Assembly (NCBI GenBank): GCA_964188305.1
Contig: OZ076885.1
Source: Podarcis bocagei
Taxonomy: Eukaryota
Reading direction: 5' to 3' (one strand)
DNA: 64,000 nucleotides
The notes below the pieces were generated by a model, which saw nothing but the letters and a program-made list of their open reading frames with translations, was not told the origin of the DNA and ran no database searches. This document shows positions 12,139 to 23,625 of this stretch, piece by piece. Positions within the stretch are counted from its first letter, which is position 1. Each line of letters begins with the position of its first letter. Made by a program: the position numbers and the translations under genes.

Positions 12139-12622
12139 CCGTATTTTTCCGTGTATAAGACGGTGCTTTTTGTTTTTTTTAAAAAAAGGCAAAAATTGGG
12201 TGTCAGCTTATACATGGATAATGAATGCAGAGGGGGGACATGTGATTAATGCCAGCAGCAAGCAGGAGATTGGCAGCGGTGATTGGTGGTTGTGGCAAGG
12301 CCTGCTGGCGATTAGCTGCAGCAATTGGGCAGGCAATCGGTGGCTGTGGCGAGGCGGGTAGGCAATTGGCGGCCACAGCAAGTGGGTGGGTGGGCTGTTG
12401 GCGGCTGCGAGCAGGCAGACAATTGGCGGCTGCAGTGAGGTGTGTGATCGGCAGTGACTGTGGCAAGCGATCGGCAGTGGCGGGCAGGCGGGCGAACGAT
12501 TGGCAGGAGTGACCTCCCCCACCCCCCCAAAAAGCTAAACAACTTAATTTCTTAATTTTGGGTTTAAAAAAAATAGGGGTCGTCTTATACATGGGGGGCA
12601 TCTTATACATGGAAAAATACGG
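12139..12622. mobile_element. Tc1/mariner (Tc2/pogo-like) MITE with an internal GC-rich minisatellite
   Basis: TIR CCGTATTTTTCC(G/A)TGTATAAGA matching at 21 of 22 positions; TA on both sides; internal ggcaggcaattggcggc-like repeats at about 12255-12510. Confidence 0.85.
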
Positions 12623-13093
12623 TAGGTGTGACTGTGACAGCAAGAGATTGCATGTGGAAAGACACAAAACTGGCCCGTTCACATGCTAAGCAGGGACTGG
12701 TATCTTTAGCAGCAAAAGGATCCCACAGGAATGGGGTGATGAACTCTCCTCAACCTCATATTTTCTCTGTTTCTGGCTTGCTTCTGGTAACAAAGCCAAG
12801 AAGGTGGCTGGAAGTAAGGCATGGGAAGGGTTCTGCACCACTCTCTCTTGTGCTTTTATTGTTAAAGCACCACTCATTCTTCTGTGTATGTAAACAGTCT
12901 TAAAATACAACTTTTGTAGTTGTTGAGGAAAGGTAGGATAAAAATGTCCCAAATGAACATCTAGAAAGTGTTATAGGTATAGCCACAAAATCCCACCCCA
13001 TTGTCAGCATGCTTTTATCTGGAGAGTGCCTGATTTTATCTGGTGAGAACAGTGGTCCATTATCAAATGTGTAAGATTAAACCAACCACTCAC

Positions 13094-13139
13094 CCATTCC
13101 AGAAGCCAGGGTGTCTCCCATAGGGTTAAACTTATTGAG
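13094..13139 (-). CDS. DDB2: DDB2 coding exon 9
   Basis: gcag|CTC...ATG G|gtgagt, 46 nt; LNKFNPMGDTLASGM. Confidence 0.96.
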
Positions 13140-14055
13140 CTGCAAATGTAAACACAATAATGCATTGTATCCATGTCGGTTGTTCACTTAACATCATCAA
13201 TCAAATAAAAAACCAGAACATTCTGGACAGAGAAACGCCCAGCACTGGATGTGGAAAGAGTTTTGCACAAATCAGCAGAGCTTTGAATAGAAGGTCTCTC
13301 CATCTCCCACCTATCAGTCTATCACGAGATGCGTATGGTGACAAGAAGCAAAGGATTAAAAAGATTTTTAAAAGCCTCCTGCAGAAAATTAACTGACAGA
13401 TCTAACCAGGAGCCTCAGTAAGCGGCTCTCGTGAAATCTGGCTTAGGAAGAGGCAGCTCTGGCAACAGGAGATAAAACGTTTCTTCCACCACAAGAATGG
13501 AAATGAACCTCTGCCTCAGAAACTGCATGGGCGCACAATTAAGATAGGTTTTTTTTAAAAAAAATCAGGGCTCTGATTTCAATTCTGAACATCTGGTGTG
13601 GAAATAAACAACTCAGGTATTCTTTCCCACAGCCCACACACCAAATGAATTGACATGAACTTTGTTTATTGAAGTTTGGAGACAGCTGTGCATCTCCTCA
13701 TTTCTGGAGTTTAGGAAATGAAAGGCATGCCTCTGGAGGAAAGGGTGGGGCTATTACAGTAGTCTGTCCAGGCATTCAGTGGAAAGGCTGGAATTTGCAA
13801 CATTGCAAATGGCTAGTTCAGCAGCTCTTTAAAAAAAGAACAGCTAAGAAAACCTAAAAAATACAAATGTCTCTGCTACAGTTCACAAACACATTCATCA
13901 GTGGCAACGACAAAAAACTGATTCTGATGATCTTGACTTTGCAGAAAGTGGAAGGTGCCTCTTCCTCCCTGAGGTCTCCACACAATGTAGAAACTCTGAC
14001 AGCTCTCACACTTCTTGCTGGTCAAGAGATACACATCAAATGCATAGACACACAA

Positions 14056-14205
14056 TCATAGAATTGCAGAGTTGGAAGGGACCACCAGGGTCATCTGGAA
14101 GGGACCATCAGGGTCATCCAAGCCCCTGCAATGCAGGAATCTTTTCCCCAACATAGGGCTTGAACCCACCACCCTGAGATTAAGATTCTCCACCGACTGA
14201 CCATA
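14056..14205 (-). mobile_element. Short retroelement with a CR1-like 3' tail (CR1 fragment or CR1-mobilised SINE)
   Basis: catagaattgcagagttggaagggacc is the reverse complement of the CR1 tail seen at about 8480-8520; contains an internal tandem duplication. Confidence 0.6.
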
Positions 14206-14740
14206 CCTAAGTCATCCCACATGTACAGAAAACTCCGGGGTGGGGAAGGGGTCTCATCTCTGACCTTACACCATGCTTTGGATGATTCAGTAGCAGCAAG
14301 AAGTCTTGTTGCTGCCAAAGATCTCCCAGGTGCAACATGGGGTCAGAAGTGAGACACAGAGGAAGGTCAGAGTAATGGAAACCACAGGTGCTGGCTACCA
14401 AGACAAGCTAAAATGTGTGAAGCCATGGCCACATCCAGTACAATAGAGCAGTCCAGGTTTCAGAGGATATCTCTCCATTAGGCACTAGTGGTCCTACCAA
14501 AAAGTGGTAACACAGGGCCTCCCCACCCAAGTGAACTCCTGCTGTGAATATGTCTGTCCTTAAAAAAGAGCTGTGTGAGCTATTCTTAAGGAGAAGCGCT
14601 GTATTGGAGGCAAACATTTGTCACAAGCAAACCCATCAATCAGTTGCACCATATAAGAAAAGAAATTATTATTTCCCTAACCCTCTCACTTTTTTGGGGC
14701 TGGGGCACAGTAGCTCTTTGGACATGCTATCTACACTTAC

Positions 14741-14905
14741 CGAGATAATTCCAGATGCATTTGGATCGTGCAGCTGGCACACCATCTCCCCACTGTTTCC
14801 ATCAAATATGTCAATGGTTCTCAACTCGCCCACTGTGTAGCTTGGGAACCTAGGGTCTGGGTAACGACCCACCACAATGAGGTCATAGCGAGGATGCCAT
14901 GTTGC
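14741..14905 (-). CDS. DDB2: DDB2 coding exon 8
   Basis: tttag|GCA...TCG|gtaagt, 165 nt; [55 protein letters not shown]. Confidence 0.97.
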
Positions 14906-15470
14906 CTAAAATAAAGAAGAGATGGTTAAGCAAGGTCAGTGCTAAACTGATACGTGTTACAGAGGACTAGGATGACGATGACAACAACAGTCTTATCAAG
15001 TGCTGGCGTTCTGTGGGTCATCCAGATTCAGCTCGTACCCCCCACATGGGAGTAAACAAACTGCAGACCTTTCAAGGTAACATAATGTAGCAACATAATT
15101 TCCATAGGTTCTTACTAACCCTACCACTTGGAACTTGTGTACAAATCTAGGGAGACGTTCTGATTACAACTAGGTGCCACTGCCCTAGGATTCCTTCTGC
15201 CCAACCCTGCCACCAATAATGGTTGCTGTCACTGTAGATTCCAGTCTAAGGTTGTATACTGGAATGCTTATTTATATAGATTCATAATCAGAAGCAGAAT
15301 GAACCACTCTCCTCAATATCCTATACTTGAATCTATACATATAGAAAGAGCCTGTCCATAAGGCTCCCAGCAATTTTCCATACAGGAGTTGTAGGATGCT
15401 TTTCTTCTTAACTCTCTGCTCCCTGCATCAAATGGGTCACGCTTCCAAGTCAACACTCCTATTTCTTCAC

Positions 15471-15616
15471 CTTGATAGGTGTAAGGTGCTGGAACTGCCG
15501 ATGGGGATGTGAAATCAGATGCTGGGGTTTGGACCAATCAGAAGAGGAATAGACCCGGATTTCATTGTACTGGTCAGTACTCAGTAGCTTAGCCCCATCC
15601 GTTGGGCTGAAATATG
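15471..15616 (-). CDS. DDB2: DDB2 coding exon 7, containing the FQH lesion-probing hairpin
   Basis: cccag|CA TAT...AAG|gtgaag, 146 nt; (A)[48 protein letters not shown]. Confidence 0.97.
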
Positions 15617-16720
15617 CTGGGGAGGAGGGGGAGAAAACAGGAATATGTATAAATGTATGTAAATGTATTGTGGCCAATAACAAAATAAATTATCAATGAA
15701 ATTTTATATTTATATATTATATTTGCAGCTATGATTACTATCTCACTATGCTTATTATTAGTAGTAGTAGTCCTGTAGAAGAATTACAATAAATGTGTAA
15801 TTGTTGAGTGATGGTCTCTTCTAAAACAAATAAGAGCAACATTTGAATATGTCCTAAACAGCACCAGTTATAGACATAACTAGAATGTAATACACAATCT
15901 TATCAGAGAACAAAATGCTGAATTTCCACCAAAATCAACCAAACTATCTGCATAAATCCTTAAGTACCACTGATTTCATTAGGTTATCGGTCTCTAAATT
16001 CAATTTCCTTGGACTTAATTAAATAAATTCACACTGACTTCACTTTTAGCTTTACCACACACTTTTTAAACAAGACTGAAAATGTGAAATGACAATTGCA
16101 GAATTTGGGGAGGCAGGGACTGGTTTAGAATTCAGTGATTCTGAAGTAACATTTAATATAAATCTTGAATATTGCACTTGGATATTTGAAATACATAGTG
16201 TGGCCTAAACATCAAGTTTTATTTGGAATCTTTTTCAGATGCCCAAATACTGATTGCAAGTAAATGGCCTAATCAAAGACCTCCTATGTTGAAGGATAGG
16301 GAAATTATTACTATGATTTGGAATTTGGCTGAAAGATGTGCATTAAAGAGATGGTAAACAATTCTTGTTACACTTTATTTATGAACACAATTCAGACATT
16401 AAGAATAAGATTAAGAATAAGATTAAGATTAAGAATAAGTGTTGCATAATATATTTTTTAACATGGAAAATAATAACTAAGCCAACACCTCTATTCTTCT
16501 CTGTTGTTGTTTTTATCCTGTAGGGCTAACATTACTATTAAAACTTGATTTAAATTTTAGCAAGTCTATAGACACACTCAGTATAGACACACTTCATCTT
16601 TTTGACAAGACATGTGAAACTATGACAGGAATAGGACTAGTGTTTGTTTTTTTCCACATATCTTCCAATTTCCTTCACAACTTAGGCCAAGGTTTGAAGG
16701 CACCTTATAATGTGCTTGTA

Positions 16721-16935
16721 CAGTGGTACCTCGGGTTACAGACGCTTCAGGTTACAGACTCCACTAACCCAGAAATACTACCTTGGGTTAAGAACTTTGC
16801 TTCAGGATGAGAACAGAAATCATGTGGCAGCAGCAGGAGGCCCCATTAGCTAAAGTGGTACCTCAGGTTAAGAACAGTTTCAAGTTAAGAACGGACCTCC
16901 GGAACGAATTAAGTTCTTAACCTGAGATACCACTG
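16721..16935. mobile_element. Tc1/mariner (Tigger-like) MITE
   Basis: TA|CAGTGGTACCTCGGGTTA...TAACCTGAGATACCACTG|TA; very similar copy at 51544. Confidence 0.88.
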
Positions 16936-17119
16936 TATCTCATTTTATCCAAACAATCTTGCGAAGTAGCAGGACTGGCATTGACCTTTACAAGGCCAAC
17001 AGCTGGTACAGTGAATGCAAGGTTTAAAGACAAAGGCATGTGGCACTGACCTGAAGCACGCACAAGCCAAGAATGGTTAGGTGGCAGAGTATAAGCCATG
17101 AGCCACTTTGCTTTCTTAC

Positions 17120-17297
17120 CTGCATTAACGGGTTTATCATGTGGAAGTACATGAAGAGAACTTGACTTGTCCTTAATGTTTCTCAGATCCCATATCTTTA
17201 CTGTCTGATCCACAGAGGCTGTAGCTAAGAGCCAATCACAGTGAGAATTGAATTCCACGTGAGTTACTTTCTTTTTGTGCAGTTTCAGGTTCCATAC
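17120..17297 (-). CDS. DDB2: DDB2 coding exon 6 (WDxR motif)
   Basis: gcag|GTA TGG...GCA G|gtaaga, 178 nt; [59 protein letters not shown]. Confidence 0.97.
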
Positions 17298-17756
17298 CTG
17301 CAGTGGATAAAACAAAAGCCGAAATGCATTACAACTACAGAGCAAGAGATTTAGACATCAAACATAATTTTCTAGGAGATGGTAAAACCTCTTTTAAAAA
17401 AAATATGATATGGAAGACAGGAGAATATATGCTTGTATTCTAAATCAGCCTAATAAAGACAATTCCAAAACTCTACCAGAGATCAAAGATTAATCTAAAT
17501 AAGGAACTTCCAGGTTCTCCTCCTGGGGAATATGATCTCTGTAGTAAAGGGAACCTATGGTTCTCCAGATGTTGTAATACTACAACTCCCATAATCCTTG
17601 ATCAGTGGCCTTGCTGGTTGGGGCTGATAGGAGTCCCAAATCATCCATGATATATATTCTAAGTCAGGGCAACATTAGGCAGATGTTAAAAATACCCAAA
17701 ACCTATGTATGTCTGATCAAAGCAGGCTGTAAGGCAAAGAGGAGGGGCACACTAAC

Positions 17757-17856
17757 CTTTTCACCCTCAGTACTGAGCAGAACTACGTTGCCCACATTAT
17801 CACCTGTCGCCACAGTCCGGCAAGTTGCAGATACATCAACACTGCAGTACCAGAAA
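17757..17856 (-). CDS. DDB2: DDB2 coding exon 5
   Basis: tttag|T TTC TGG...AAG|gttagt, 100 nt; [33 protein letters not shown]. Confidence 0.96.
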
Positions 17857-19272
17857 CTAAAAAAGAAAGAAGTACAAATTCAGAATGTTCACCCCCTAGA
17901 TGTACAACTAAGGTGGTTCTCTGTTCTTAGCAGAATGCAAAAACAGTATTTATATAAATAATGGAGTCACAGCTGCGCTGAACTGAACCCTAGTGGCATT
18001 CTGATGTGGGATCAGTGTTGGATTATTTATCAAGTAGTGTAAAAAACCCAACAGGCATCACTTGGAAAAGCCAAGCACACTCTTTAAAACATTCACAATG
18101 TGTATCGCATCAGTTCTAAGTATTTGAAATGAACACTAATTTTAAGTGTTGGAAAAGGGGTAGATAAGTTTGGACGTCGTGAAACACAGGAACCCAAAGC
18201 TAGCCCAAGACACTTCACTGCCTGGTGTATAGGTCAAGATGGCTCACCACCATCACACACACACTCCCATGGATACAGAAGCTGAGCAGACTGGCAGATG
18301 ACTCTTATTTCAGCACTGGGGGTGAGACAGCATCCACCACACTTCAGAGCAACAGGCTAGCTTAGGGGGCAGGAAATAGGGGCAGAAGGCAGACCTTGTG
18401 GCACACACTGCTCTTATAGGGAAATAGTTGAGGGGCTCAGAAAGTAGAGCAAGGGGCTTCTACTACTGCCCTAAAACATCTGCTAACATATTCTGTCCAA
18501 TGGTAGGGTTCGTCCTGCAAGTGTGAGAGCCAAGTCACGCTTTCTGTGGCAGGTGAGATTGCTCCTTATCTTTCACGTCTTCCAGTAAACCTCCAAAATG
18601 CTTGAAAAAGAAACCCAGATCTAAACAAGCATTAGAATTCTATACATTCCTCTTTCTTTGAGCATATTGCATGCTACCTCCCAATACTAACTCCCAAACA
18701 TGAGGTGCAATTTATATCTTCAAAAAGTTTCCCTTCCTGTATTACTTTGTTTTAATGGGAGACATGCAGCTGATAAATGTTCCTGCTATATGAAAGCAGA
18801 CCTTATTGGCTCTGATGCACAGCCACACTTGCTCAGTTCGGGACAATTAGGCAGTGTAAAGATAAAACCCCAGAACCTGTCTTGTTCACTCTTCTTTGAG
18901 CATGTGTGACATGGTTAGAGTGCTGCAGTTTGTAGAATTCCTACTGAAAAAGTTGTTTGCCTTCTCTACGTGTCAGGTGTGCTATACAGGGTATGCTATG
19001 CACCCAAGGAAAGAGGGATTTCCAGGATCTCAACACTCCATCAAGCAAAACACTACTCAAGTGCTCATGCCCACGAAAAAGCCAAACTACTTCCATTTGC
19101 TATTATGCACAACAGTAATCGTATTCCAATCCACATGATCAGAAACGTATTGCCTCCAATAGGCCCAGGGAAACAGCCCAAGCAAATGCTAATAATCTGT
19201 CCTGGCACATTCAAAGGAAGGGTAAAGGAAATTTATGAGCTGAACAACGACACTGCCCTTCTCACTCCTCAC

Positions 19273-19439
19273 CAAACATCATGGAATTCATGGTCACAGA
19301 CTGGGGTGCGGGAGATCACTTGCGCTGGTCGGCCCTCAAGGTGCTGTAGACTAAGGGTGCCATCCCCTGATGCCACATAAAGATTTGCCGACTCAAATGG
19401 GCTGAATTTCATGCCTCCAAGAGAGTCTCCTGGGCCTTT
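19273..19439 (-). CDS. DDB2: DDB2 coding exon 4B (duplicated, predicted mutually exclusive with 4A)
   Basis: Pyrimidine tract...ttccag|AAA GGC...GTT TG|gtgagg, 167 nt, open frame; KGPGDSLGGMKFSPFESANLYVASGDGTLSLQHLEGRPAQVISRTPVCDHEFHDV(C). Confidence 0.88.
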
Positions 19440-20151
19440 CTGGAACACAGATGGGAAGAGGAGAGGAATATGCCTAAGTTACTGAGGAAGGATGGGAATA
19501 GGCAGTCAGCACAACCTGGCAGAGATGCACTGAGTTCAGGCTCTAGGTGAATTCACACCTACCTACTTAATGCTGAACATTGCACCTTGTACAGTACTAG
19601 CTCTGAACTAGTTAACTTCTCAGATGTTGCATGCAAATTTCTTTCAGAAGTTCCACTTCAAAAATGTTGAGAAGCTATACAATATCCTCTTCAAAAGCAC
19701 CAAGCAATTTAAAAAAAAAAACTAAGAGAGAAACATTAAGCCATCTGTGTGCTAGTAGACTGGTTTATCAAGCTCCTTCTTGCGGAACTATTAGTATTGA
19801 CTTTCTACTCTTACATTCTTTAACACTTCCAGTACCTATTTAAACATAGAGCAAACAAAGAATTTTGCAGAGCTAGGATAATTCTGAGGACAACATATAA
19901 CATTATGTCTCAAGTCACGACACACACCCTCTGTCTTTAAACAAGTATAGTACTAAATATTCCCAACTGTGTATAGAAAACGCAAATAAGTTCTGCACCT
20001 TTATGATAAAGCCAGGCAACTTCCCACATATTAAAAAGTTCCCTTCAGCTACATTAAGGTTCCTCTTGTTCCAACTAAAGGATGTGAATGTGGCAACTGC
20101 AACTTGATATCCCTCCACACAATTGAAAAACCAAGAATAAATTGGAACACT

Positions 20152-20467
20152 AGGGCTTGCTGATCAGAAGGCTGGCGGTTCGAATCCCCATGACGGGGTG
20201 AACTCCCATTGGTTGGTCCCTGCTCCTGCCAACCTAGCAGTTCGAAAGCGTGTCAAAGTGCAAGTAGATAAATAGGTACCACTCCGGTGGGAAGGTAAAC
20301 GGCGTTTCCGTGCGCTGCTCTGGTTCGCCAGAAGCAGCTTAGTCATGCTAGCCACATGACCCGGAAGCTGTATGCCGGCTCCCTCAGCCAATAAAGCGAG
20401 ATGAGCGCCACAACCCCAGAATCGGCCATGACTGGATCTAATGGTCAGGGGTCCCTTTACCTTTACT
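20152..20467 (+). mobile_element. Sauria-type SINE, 5'-truncated, between DDB2 exons 4A and 4B
   Basis: Shares gatcagaaggctggcggttcgaatc, gtgcaagtagataaataggtacc and the tttaccttta tail with the 1851 copy. Confidence 0.85.
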
Positions 20468-21993
20468 ATTCCATCCTATTGAACCTCATCACTGAAATTG
20501 TCCATTATATATTTCTAGGAAGGTATTCGTTCACAACCTCTCTGCAGCTGCATCCAGTGTATTGTTTATTTTACTTCTCAACAACCATTGGATCTTCTGG
20601 AGATTCCATAGCATAGAGGAAAACTAATCTAATTCCATCAATCTTCGCTTTGCTGCATCAAAATGTGAAGACTTCACACAAAAACTTATGTCACATTTAT
20701 TCCTTTACACAAGGACCTCCATCTGTGGAGGGGTATAAAAATATTACATGAGGATATCCAAGCATGTGTCTGTTTTGCTTCTGATATATGCTTCAGATAA
20801 CTACTGTGAGAATCAGATTCCTGATGCCTGAATTAAGGAGGAAAATAAAACACTCATGCAACCAAACCTACATTCAGGTTGACACAGATAAAAGTTTATT
20901 CACACATTCTTCCCAAAGCTGGTGTTAATATCAGTATCAGGACAAAGTAACATCAAATAAAGTGCTCAATGAAGTTTCAAAAGATCCTAAGATAGCTTAA
21001 GAACAAAAAATGTGAAACTGGTAAGCATTCAAAATGAACCCAAAAACAAGGGATATGGTATCACAAGATGCTGACAAAATAAGGATGAAAAAAGAAGAAG
21101 AAAAGAAATTCTAATGTATCTCAGTCTATTGTCATTGAAGGCTTTCCTCAAGTGTCAAAATGAAAAGCAGCCTACAGAGATCTCTGTTAACAGCATCACT
21201 TATTCACAGCTGGCAACACAGGTGGATGCCACAATATTCAACAGACTTATTGCGGCAAGAAAGTTTGTGAAGAGCCCACTTCATCAGATGCACTTCTTAA
21301 AGGTGCTACAAGGCTCTTTTTTGTGTTTGCTCATAGTCCGAAACACTGGTGCCCAGAATAAATGTAAATTGTAATACTGAATATGTATGTTTCATTTGTA
21401 AATATAATTCAAAACAAGCTTAGGAACACAATAAAATAATATCCACTTCTTTGTCACGTGCACAGGGGAGTTCCCAAACTACCAATCCCCTACCACATTT
21501 CCAACATTAATTTGTTCTGTTATGGCTCTTTATCTATCTATTCATTACAGTATGTTTGTTATTGCTCGGGTATATGTCACATGTACAGACAGATCATGTA
21601 CATTTAAGGCCATAAATTCAATCTGATGCATATTTGGGAAATATATCTCTGCCAAATGAGAAAGAACCCTTTAGGCAAAGAGATAGGCTTCTGCAAAATG
21701 ATTCACTATGTTTTCCATAGCGATATCAAATTGTACACTGTTTTCCTCCACATTGTTTTTTTACTTATGTAACCTGCCTTAAGGCCCAGTTTCATGGGGC
21801 TAAAAGATAAAGTACATGATTAAAGCAAATAGTAGTGATTCAAGAAGAGCAAATCATTCACATTCTGAGTGAATAACTCTGGTAAGAGCAGGGTGAGGGC
21901 CGACCCATGCCGAAATTGCACCACTTCCTCTGTTTTGTTGCCTTCTAATACTAGAAGCAGTGAGAGGTGGGAAAAACTTTTATCACATCTTAC

Positions 21994-22139
21994 TCCCAGT
22001 TGTCGGTACTGGTGAAGACTCGAATTGTATTTCCATTAAAATCCCGCAGGGCAGTAGTTCCAGCAACTGATGAAGTGTACAGCTCACTAGGGTTAAAAGG
22101 GTTAAACTTCATTCCTGTGATGGCCCCTCCAGTTCTCAT
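21994..22139 (-). CDS. DDB2: DDB2 coding exon 4A (mammal/fish-like version)
   Basis: tatag|ATG AGA...TGG GA|gtaaga, 146 nt, open frame; [48 protein letters not shown](D). Confidence 0.92.
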
Positions 22140-23384
22140 CTATAATGAACGGGATGAATAAAAACAGAAAGCCACTCAGAGATGAGGAAGAAGGAAAGTC
22201 CCTCTTGTTATCTCATCTAACACCAGTACAAGGCAGCATTCATCTTTATGTGGCATTAGCCAAGCTGAACAAATATCCTCATAGAGGAGAAGTTTCCTCT
22301 GGCCAATACAATTTCTGTTAAATAACTGCCATGTTGAAGAGCAAGCCTGCAGAACTCCTGGCACCGTCTACATCTTGAGTGGCTTGGCTCAGCTTCTTCT
22401 CAAGGTTGCCACCATGAACTAAACTGTTGAAAGTCACCTACTCAACCTCTTTACAAGAATGGGTTGTTCTGTGAACAGTTGCTAAAGGACTGAACCTAAG
22501 GGTACCAGAGGTGGGAGCAGGGAAAGGGATAAAGGATAAGACCGCAGACAAGTAATGTCCCAATGGAGGGAGGGGGTACTATATATGAAGAGTTTCAGGA
22601 GCTCAATTTGGGGGCTGAATTATTACCTTCTTGTGAGGATTTGGGAGGATAAAATGCAACATGGAGGTGATGCCAGGAAAGCTGTTCTGGATGATAAACA
22701 ACAGCTTGGGAACTCTGAAACTTCCATATTCATTGTTGCCATAATACTCCCCCTTATTTTTGTTTGATAAAGGTGCAAATGAAAGTCCAAAGTCATGTTT
22801 CTGCCCAGAGTATTAGTCTTATGCTTTTGTGAGCTTTTCTTTGGAATGTCTAGGACGATATTATTTTAAAAACATTTGCTTGAATACAGACAGATATACA
22901 AATCATAGCAGCTCAGTATCCTTGGAGAAGACTTGGAATTCTCAAGGAAGCTATTTTCTTCCTCTGGGTTTGCTCACCCTTTAGAAAAGATGAAGTTCAC
23001 TCCACAGATAAACACAAGTGTATTTTGCCAAGGAATTATTAACAATTCAAAGCAAGGCCGATGGAAAATATTATTTCATTTGCGGGGACCTCATTCCTTC
23101 AACTCAATGAAGTACTTTCACATCTAACAAAGCATGAAGCTGAAATAAAGAGTTAAGACAAATAAAAAACCTCTCCAAATACGTATGTATTTTCTATTTT
23201 AGAGTAAAAATTATCTAACTCAAATATGTAGCCAGATCATTCCCTTGCATAGAAAGCTGGGAAATTACAACACAGATTTATCCAGTGCAATGGAGTTCTA
23301 ACTAGAAGCCTTCATCATTAATCTACATACCGCTCTAACACAGAGCTTGCATAGACACTGCATTCGATCTTCACAATGACTTAC

Positions 23385-23576
23385 CCCTTTTATGAAGCAG
23401 CTTTTATTAAGCATTTCATAGTCCCAAAGGATGATGTCTCCACCTTTGGAACCCACAGCAACTGTGCTGGGGTGCGTTGGGTGCCATTCCAAGCATGTAA
23501 CCCTCCTGTCAAAGGGACTTGCTGTGCGGAACAGGCGGTACGAATAGAGGGAACGTACAAAGGGCACCTGAAGACA
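23385..23576 (-). CDS. DDB2: DDB2 coding exon 3
   Basis: aacag|TGT CTT CAG...AAA GGG|gtaagt, 192 nt; [64 protein letters not shown]. Confidence 0.96.
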
Positions 23577-23589
23577 CTGTTACAAAGAC

Positions 23590-23592
<3 letters not shown>

Positions 23593-23622
<30 letters not shown>
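23593..23622. repeat. (GA)15 microsatellite, read as (CT)n in the polypyrimidine tract of DDB2 exon 3
   Basis: Perfect repeat ending about 15 nt before the acceptor AG on the minus strand. Confidence 0.95.

Positions 23623-23625
<3 letters not shown>

Noticed and set aside
12203-12682. 159-aa ORF and overlapping ORFs
   Set aside because: Produced by the GC-rich minisatellite inside a MITE; not transposase-like.
16400-16440. Short tandem duplications (also about 23870, 41868 and 41984)
   Set aside because: Ordinary slippage repeats; no repeat-spacer organisation, and CRISPR is not applicable to vertebrate DNA.
19273-19439. Exon 4B as a dead pseudo-exon or retrocopy fragment
   Set aside because: Intact splice sites, an open frame in the right phase despite about 67% amino-acid divergence from 4A, and recalled similarity to chicken DDB2 all argue for function.
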